DNA from: Bacilli bacterium
GTDB lineage: Bacteria; Bacillota_I; Bacilli_A; RFN20; CAG-826
Length of the DNA: 64,000 nt
NCBI GenBank assembly: GCA_036649855.1
Contig: JAVWAV010000002.1
Coordinates: 3,186 to 67,185 of the forward strand
Direction of reading: 5' to 3'
The notes under the pieces are model-generated. The model did no database searches and had not been told where the DNA came from. It saw only the letters and a program-made list of their open reading frames with translations. The position numbers and the translations under genes were made by a program. The stretch's first letter is position 1. Each line of letters starts with the position of its first letter. Below, one piece after another: positions 58,520 through 64,000 of the stretch.

Positions 58520-61500
58520 TTAGTTTTCTTTAGCGTAAAGTCTGATTGAAGAGGATGATTTGCCATGAAGAACAACCAGTGTTTCATCAACAGATTCACT
58601 AATATCTCCAATTTTTTCACTTGGAGCACTAATAATTGCTTGCAGTCCAAACTTACGTAAAAGTTTTATCGATTCTTTAATACGATTACGGTCCATTTTA
58701 CTAAATGCTTCATCAAAAACAATAAGGCGTATTGTATTTCCTAATTCGCTATTATCATTAACGTGATAAAGTTGAGCAAATGATGCAAGAACAGCAATAT
58801 AGAAAGGTGTTTGTGTTTCTCCACCTGACTTCTTTTTAATCATTTTGCTTAAACGTTGACTGACGCCTTCTTTATTAGTAACTAGTAAATCAAAATCTAA
58901 ATAAGTACGATAATCTGTAAATATATCAATGTTTGCTAAAGCATCATTTGATTGTTTGCCATCATTTACAATGATTGATTTAAATAAATCAGCCATAACA
59001 TCGCTATATTTATTAATGAATTCATCTTGTTTTTCCGTTGTTTGGAGTAACAAGTCATCTTTAAACATATCATAATATCTTCTATAAGTTGGATTTGGTT
59101 TAATAGTAAATTTATAGGTATCATTTCCAAATGTTGAATTAGCTAATGCCATATTTAAGTCAGAAATTTGATCTTCAACATTTTCAATTTGATTTCTTAA
59201 TTTAGAAATAAATTCATTTTTAAATTGTTCTGTTGCTTTATTGTAAGAATCACGTATTTTCTCACGATATAAAGGTAATTTTACATCTCTAATATCTACT
59301 AATTCATTATCAAAATCATCATTATTTTCACTTTCGATATTATATGATAAATGATATTCATCAGTATAAGATTTACGTAATTTGCGAACTTGACCTAATA
59401 TATTACTCGAAATATATTGAATACGTCCAATCGTAATTGAATATTCTTTGTGAATTTCAAGTAAACTCTTGCTTTCAAGTTCAAGACGGAATTTTGGCAA
59501 GCCAAATTCCGAAACAAATTTACCATCGTAATTTGTTTGAAGCGACTTTTCTTTTTCAGAAAGTGTAACGCTTTCGTTTTTGATTTTTTCTTCAGTAAGA
59601 TTTTTGATCGATTCAATAATCGAACCTTTTTCAATACGAAGATTATTTGTTTCTTTATCAATATCAGTTAAATCTTCTTCAACTGAAGTAATACGTTTAT
59701 CAAGCGAATCGATTTGTAAGGTATCATGTTTTGATAGTTCTTCTTCAACGTATTTTAAAGAATCTTTTAATCCTTTTAATTCAAGTATTTTAGTAGCTGA
59801 AGTAATTATTGCATTTATTTCATTAGTATTAATTATTTCAAGTTGATTAGCAGAATTAATTACTTTATATAAATCTTTAAAAGTAGATATTGACATAATA
59901 TTTGTAGCAATTTCATCTTTCTTTTGCGAAATTTGTTCATTACTAATTTTACGACCAATATATGAGGTTGCATATTGTTGTGGTCTAATCGTAGAAAGAG
60001 CAAAATTTCTATAAATATCACAACTTGCAGTAATTCCATTTCCAGATTCTCTTGCTTCGTGAATATTTTCGCATTTAATTAATCTACCAAGTAAGAAATT
60101 AGCATAAGCACGTGCTCCTGAATGATCCGTAATTATTTCTTCTGCTAAACTATATTCTTGAAAACCAAAACGTTTTTCAATAATCTTTTCTTGATCCACT
60201 AAAGAAATACCATAGTAACGATATTTATATAATAAGTTTTTTAAAATCTTATAAGCTTCTTCATAATATTTTGGTTCAACAAAAAGGTTGAATTTTTGAT
60301 TAAATAAGAAACCTTCAATAGCGTTTGACCATTTTTTATCGTTAATATCAATTAAATCGGCAAAAAATTCAACTGAAATTTCTCTTCCAAATTGACTTTT
60401 TAATTGAGAACAAAGTTCGTTCTTAATTGAAGTTAACGAGGAATCATAAGATTTAATTCCTTTTCCAAGTGAATCTAAATCTACTTTTAAATGTGAAGTA
60501 GTAATTTCAAGATCACGAATGGTTCGAGCAAATGAGACAGAAAGAGCAGATATTTCACTTTTAAAAGTAGAAAGTGCTTCTCTCCAACCGGTTAATATTT
60601 CAGAGTTAATTGTTCTTAACCCGCCTTTAGTGGTTTCTAAAAGTTCCATGGATTTTGATCTAACTGCTTCAATTTGTGTTTGAAGTTCAACTATTTCACG
60701 GACCTTCTCGCCTGGAAGTAAATCTTTATTTACACTTTCAAAAGATCTTGAAAGTGACGTTGCAGCTGAAATATAAAGATTAGCATAATTCTCAATTGAA
60801 GAAATTGTATCTTTTTCAATGCTTGTGAGGTCAGAAATTTTTTCATGTAATTCATCTTTTTCTTCGTAAAGCTGATTAGTTAGTCGATATGTATCACTAT
60901 TTGCTTTATCGTTAATTAATTGAATTTTTTTGTTATTTAAACGTATTTTATTAAATTCGGCTTCGTTTAATTCAACATCAATTTCACTCAACCTTTTCTT
61001 AAATTGCTCAAGTTGTGAATAATATGAAGATAAACGATCAACAGAGATTTGATGATTAACTTTTTCAATAACATAAGAACAAAGCTTTATATCTTTAGTA
61101 GAATCTAAATATTTTTGATATAGATTTTGAATTTCTTCTAAACGTACTATTCTTTCTCCCATCAAAGTAGCTTCATGTTCAAGTTGTTGATATTGAGCAA
61201 TATTTTCTTGCATTGCACCAATTTCAATATTCATTTGAGGATCACAAACATATTCAGTAATAAAAGTTGTGATATCAGTAATTGGAGTAAACGAAGTGGC
61301 TTTTTTAAGCAAAGAAAAATACTTATCTTTTAAGTTTCCACATTTTCTTTTTAATAAATCTTGAAATTGTTTGTTACTATCGGTAAATTTATATTTTTCT
61401 TTATAATTAGTTTGAAAAAACACTGATAAATCTTTAAAGGACATTGGTATATTATTTGTAATAAATTCATTCTCAGGAATTTTATCTTCTAATAAAAAGA

Positions 61501-61879
61501 AACGGTGTTCTTCATGTCCATCTTCAAATGAATCAAAAACACATCCAAGCGTAAATGAATCATCAGCAATATCGTCATAAAATTCAAGAGCAATATAACT
61601 TGTAAATCTACCATCTCTTAAATATTTAAATCCACCATCTTCGGTATCACCTAATTCACCTCTAAGATAACCTTTAAGAGTTCTATTAGATTTATCCATT
61701 GCAGCTTTATTAAAATATCTTCCACTAGTATCACCTAGTAAAACAACTTGCAAAGCGTCAATTAATGTCGATTTTCCTGAAGCATTGACACCAGTTAAAA
61801 AGACAATAGGTTTCATGTCAATTGTTTCATTCCAGAAATAATGCCAATTAATAACTTTTATTTTAGCTAATGTTTTCAT
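58520..61879 (-). CDS. SMC/MukB-family ATPase, JetC/MksB-like (third gene of the operon)
   Basis: 1119 aa. N-terminal Walker A FLTGVNASGKSTLIDAL, about 800 aa largely coiled coil, C-terminal signature KSGGETQTP, Walker B LIVFDEAFSKMD, then D-loop. Confidence 0.75.
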   Translation of the reverse strand: MKTLAKIKVINWHYFWNETIDMKPIVFLTGVNASGKSTLIDALQVVLLGDTSGRYFNKAAMDKSNRTLKGYLRGELGDTEDGGFKYLRDGRFTSYIALEFYDDIADDSFTLGCVFDSFEDGHEEHRFFLLEDKIPENEFITNNIPMSFKDLSVFFQTNYKEKYKFTDSNKQFQDLLKRKCGNLKDKYFSLLKKATSFTPITDITTFITEYVCDPQMNIEIGAMQENIAQYQQLEHEATLMGERIVRLEEIQNLYQKYLDSTKDIKLCSYVIEKVNHQISVDRLSSYYSQLEQFKKRLSEIDVELNEAEFNKIRLNNKKIQLINDKANSDTYRLTNQLYEEKDELHEKISDLTSIEKDTISSIENYANLYISAATSLSRSFESVNKDLLPGEKVREIVELQTQIEAVRSKSMELLETTKGGLRTINSEILTGWREALSTFKSEISALSVSFARTIRDLEITTSHLKVDLDSLGKGIKSYDSSLTSIKNELCSQLKSQFGREISVEFFADLIDINDKKWSNAIEGFLFNQKFNLFVEPKYYEEAYKILKNLLYKYRYYGISLVDQEKIIEKRFGFQEYSLAEEIITDHSGARAYANFLLGRLIKCENIHEARESGNGITASCDIYRNFALSTIRPQQYATSYIGRKISNEQISQKKDEIATNIMSISTFKDLYKVINSANQLEIINTNEINAIITSATKILELKGLKDSLKYVEEELSKHDTLQIDSLDKRITSVEEDLTDIDKETNNLRIEKGSIIESIKNLTEEKIKNESVTLSEKEKSLQTNYDGKFVSEFGLPKFRLELESKSLLEIHKEYSITIGRIQYISSNILGQVRKLRKSYTDEYHLSYNIESENNDDFDNELVDIRDVKLPLYREKIRDSYNKATEQFKNEFISKLRNQIENVEDQISDLNMALANSTFGNDTYKFTIKPNPTYRRYYDMFKDDLLLQTTEKQDEFINKYSDVMADLFKSIIVNDGKQSNDALANIDIFTDYRTYLDFDLLVTNKEGVSQRLSKMIKKKSGGETQTPFYIAVLASFAQLYHVNDNSELGNTIRLIVFDEAFSKMDRNRIKESIKLLRKFGLQAIISAPSEKIGDISESVDETLVVLHGKSSSSIRLYAKEN

Positions 61880-62530
61880 TTAAAAATCTCCTTCTATTTG
61901 GTTGAGATTAATATTTTTAGATTCTTCATTAATTTTATCAATTGTATCGCTCATTGCTTGAATTTTAGTGCTATCAATTGCGTAAACAATTGATGGCAAA
62001 ATGTAAAATGTTACATTTCCTTCGTCATAAGTTCCGCTAACTTTCGTAATAATATTGTGATTTGCTAAAAATCTTAAAGATTTGCCAACTAAACGACCAG
62101 TAATTTTCTTGTTTGGAAACGAAACTGAAAAATCTATCATCGATTTAATAAGCATTGGAGTGCTTAAATAAACTCCTTGAGAGTTTGAACTAGAGTCAGA
62201 TTTTTCATTTTCGTAAATAAGACGTAAAACATAAAGAATAAGAGATGTTTCACGATCAATTTTAATTCTGTTGTCGCTATCTTTATTAAATAAAGTAATA
62301 ACACCAAGTAAAGAATCTTTTTCAATTGAATATCCCATATAACTCAAATATTCATCCGCAACATCAAAATGTCTATCGAGAAATCTGTAGTAAGAATTAA
62401 TTTTAATAATCTTTTCTTTGCTATCAAAGATGTCACGAACCACAAAACTATGTGATAAAAGGTGATTAATTGATAATGCAAAATCAGATTTATCGCTACT
62501 ATTTAGTGCTAGATAATTTTCATCAAACAT
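61880..62530 (-). CDS. JetB/MksE-like (MukE-class) small subunit candidate
   Basis: 216 aa ORF lying between the kleisin-sized ORF and the SMC-like ATPase. The assignment is by operon position and size; no diagnostic motif could be verified by eye. Confidence 0.4.
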   Translation of the reverse strand: MFDENYLALNSSDKSDFALSINHLLSHSFVVRDIFDSKEKIIKINSYYRFLDRHFDVADEYLSYMGYSIEKDSLLGVITLFNKDSDNRIKIDRETSLILYVLRLIYENEKSDSSSNSQGVYLSTPMLIKSMIDFSVSFPNKKITGRLVGKSLRFLANHNIITKVSGTYDEGNVTFYILPSIVYAIDSTKIQAMSDTIDKINEESKNINLNQIEGDF

Positions 62531-62532
62531 AA

Positions 62533-63963
62533 CTATGCTCCTTTCCTTTTAAATATTAACTTCGGTAATATATATCCATCATTTTTAACTTTTTCTTTGC
62601 TATCGTAATTTACTATATAAAAGCAATTAGGATCATCTTTTTTAATAGTAGCTAATATAAGAAGAATAAACGCTTCATAAGTTGGCAATGGTATTTCTTC
62701 AATAAAAATCTCGTCTTCATTTCCAAATACATTTTGCATAAACTCATATATTCGATCATCAGTATATAATCCGCTTAATTGAGAAAGAAAATTCTCAATC
62801 ATAATATCTCCAGCAAAATTAGGATCTACTATTGATAACGGCATTTGATCACCAATGTATTTACGTAATATTGGTAACGATACTGATTCAGAATTAATAA
62901 ATCCATTCTCATAAATAGAAATACTATCTTGCATTGATGATAAAATGCTTCTTAAATTTCTCGTATTATGAGCATTTTTTGCAATCGAAGACAAAATATT
63001 TTCTAAATTGCCCTTAACTGATTTATCAGTATTATTTAAATAAAGAATTTTATTTGCGCTTGATTTTGTATAGTCACGATGGCGATGATCGATATCATCA
63101 ATCATCCCGTTTAAAGTGTCAAAAGTATCGCAAATAAAATTCACTTTTTCAATAATGGTTTTTTCTACATCTTTTGGGTTAATATCACCAGAAGAAAAAA
63201 CCAATCCTTGTTTAATAAGTAAATTCTTTTTTTCGCTATCTTTTATCCAACTGTTTAAAATATTTATGATTGGGCGACGAAATCTTGTAACACTATCGAA
63301 CGTCTTTATTGGATGATAAAGACGATCACTAACTAGTTCTTTATAATTATCAAAATAGGAATGAAGTATTTCATTTGAAGTAAATATCTTATTTAATCTA
63401 TTTTGATAAATTCTAATTGAGTGAGAAAGAGTTATTAAATCAACACGTAATTTTTTCGTATTTTCGTATGCTCTACATAAAACAGCATACATAAATTCAT
63501 CTTTTGATGTATCTTCTAATAATAATTCGCTATAAGTGCTATGAACTAAAGAGGAATATTCTTCATTAGATTCATTTGTTATATCAAACAACGTTTTAAT
63601 CATTCTAATTGAGTAGGTTGGTAAAACAATATATTCATCAAAAGTTTCAGGATTAAGTTCTAGTTCTAACCATCCAGTTTCTTCAAGATGTTTAACAATA
63701 AAAGAAGCTTTTGATGCAACACTAAAAGAAGTAAACTCACTATCGCTGTCTTCTTCGTCTTCAAGACTGAATAATTCAATTTCGTGAATACCCTTTTCTT
63801 TAAGAAAACGAACAAACTCATCTCTTTTAACATTTAAATCGTTATCATTGATCAATGTATATAAAAGAATTAAGCAGCCTGCATATATGTTTTTATTCTT
63901 TCCATTTAATATAGAGAAAAATTTTTCCGGTAGTATTTCAAATAAATTCATTCTTGTTTCCAA
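62533..63963 (-). CDS. JetA/MksF-like (kleisin-class) subunit candidate; first gene of the operon
   Basis: 476 aa ORF immediately upstream of the 216-aa ORF, abutting it. Size and order match JetA/MksF. The operon's upstream region is cut by the window end. Confidence 0.4.
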   Translation of the reverse strand: METRMNLFEILPEKFFSILNGKNKNIYAGCLILLYTLINDNDLNVKRDEFVRFLKEKGIHEIELFSLEDEEDSDSEFTSFSVASKASFIVKHLEETGWLELELNPETFDEYIVLPTYSIRMIKTLFDITNESNEEYSSLVHSTYSELLLEDTSKDEFMYAVLCRAYENTKKLRVDLITLSHSIRIYQNRLNKIFTSNEILHSYFDNYKELVSDRLYHPIKTFDSVTRFRRPIINILNSWIKDSEKKNLLIKQGLVFSSGDINPKDVEKTIIEKVNFICDTFDTLNGMIDDIDHRHRDYTKSSANKILYLNNTDKSVKGNLENILSSIAKNAHNTRNLRSILSSMQDSISIYENGFINSESVSLPILRKYIGDQMPLSIVDPNFAGDIMIENFLSQLSGLYTDDRIYEFMQNVFGNEDEIFIEEIPLPTYEAFILLILATIKKDDPNCFYIVNYDSKEKVKNDGYILPKLIFKRKGA

Positions 63964-64000
63964 TATTAAAATTATAACAAATAACTAAACTTATTCATAT

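Noticed and set aside
1-64000. tRNA/rRNA genes, CRISPR arrays, IS elements, integrases, toxin-antitoxin pairs
   Set aside because: Searched for by eye in all intergenic regions. Every sizeable non-coding stretch is accounted for by a T-box leader, the infC or rpsD leader, or a promoter/terminator. No cloverleaf-like sequences, repeat-spacer arrays or transposase-like ORFs were seen.

Overview
This is an AT-rich (roughly 30% GC by eye), very compact bacterial chromosome segment. About 57 kb of the 64 kb is housekeeping genes on both strands. TGA is used as a stop codon (for example at the end of ackA), so the standard genetic code applies rather than the Mycoplasma code. Gene order repeatedly matches Bacillus-type Firmicutes synteny: pheST-rnhC-mutS2, ezrA-nifZ-thiI, rpsD/tyrS/ccpA-like, ytpR-ytoP-trmB, infC-rpmI-rplT, pfkA-pyk and polA-mutM-coaE. 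The division/cell-wall cluster is reduced to mraZ-rsmH-(small FtsL-like)-ftsA-ftsZ with no mur, pbp or ftsW genes. That suggests a wall-less or highly reduced Firmicutes-derived lineage such as Acholeplasma or an Erysipelotrichia relative, but this is inference.

Five aminoacyl-tRNA synthetase genes (ileS, pheS, thrS, tyrS, leuS) are each preceded by a recognisable T-box leader. In each I could read the T-box core, a terminator hairpin and a plausible specifier codon matching the cognate amino acid.

Other regulatory elements seen directly in the sequence:
- MraZ operator: three GTGGTA repeats at exact 10-bp spacing over the mraZ 5' UTR.
- infC: a leader attenuator hairpin and a likely AUU start codon.
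- Several good sigma-A-type promoters and intrinsic terminators.

The only clearly accessory-looking element is the last 5.5 kb. It is a three-gene operon of about 476, 216 and 1119 aa whose last product is an SMC/MukB-family ATPase (N-terminal GxxxSGKST P-loop, long coiled coil, C-terminal SGGE signature motif and DE Walker B). The sizes and order match JetA-JetB-JetC of the Wadjet defence system, equivalently MksF-MksE-MksB. No JetD/MksG nuclease gene is present downstream, where leuS follows directly after a terminator.

Other oddities:
- A single ORF fuses Fpg (MutM) to dephospho-CoA kinase (CoaE).
- A DnaI-like helicase-loader gene has degenerate Walker A and Walker B motifs.
- glgB-glgP stand alone, without glgA or glgC.
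- Several six-frame ORFs are N-terminally over-extended through TTG/GTG starts.

No tRNA or rRNA genes, CRISPR arrays, transposases or prophage genes were seen.
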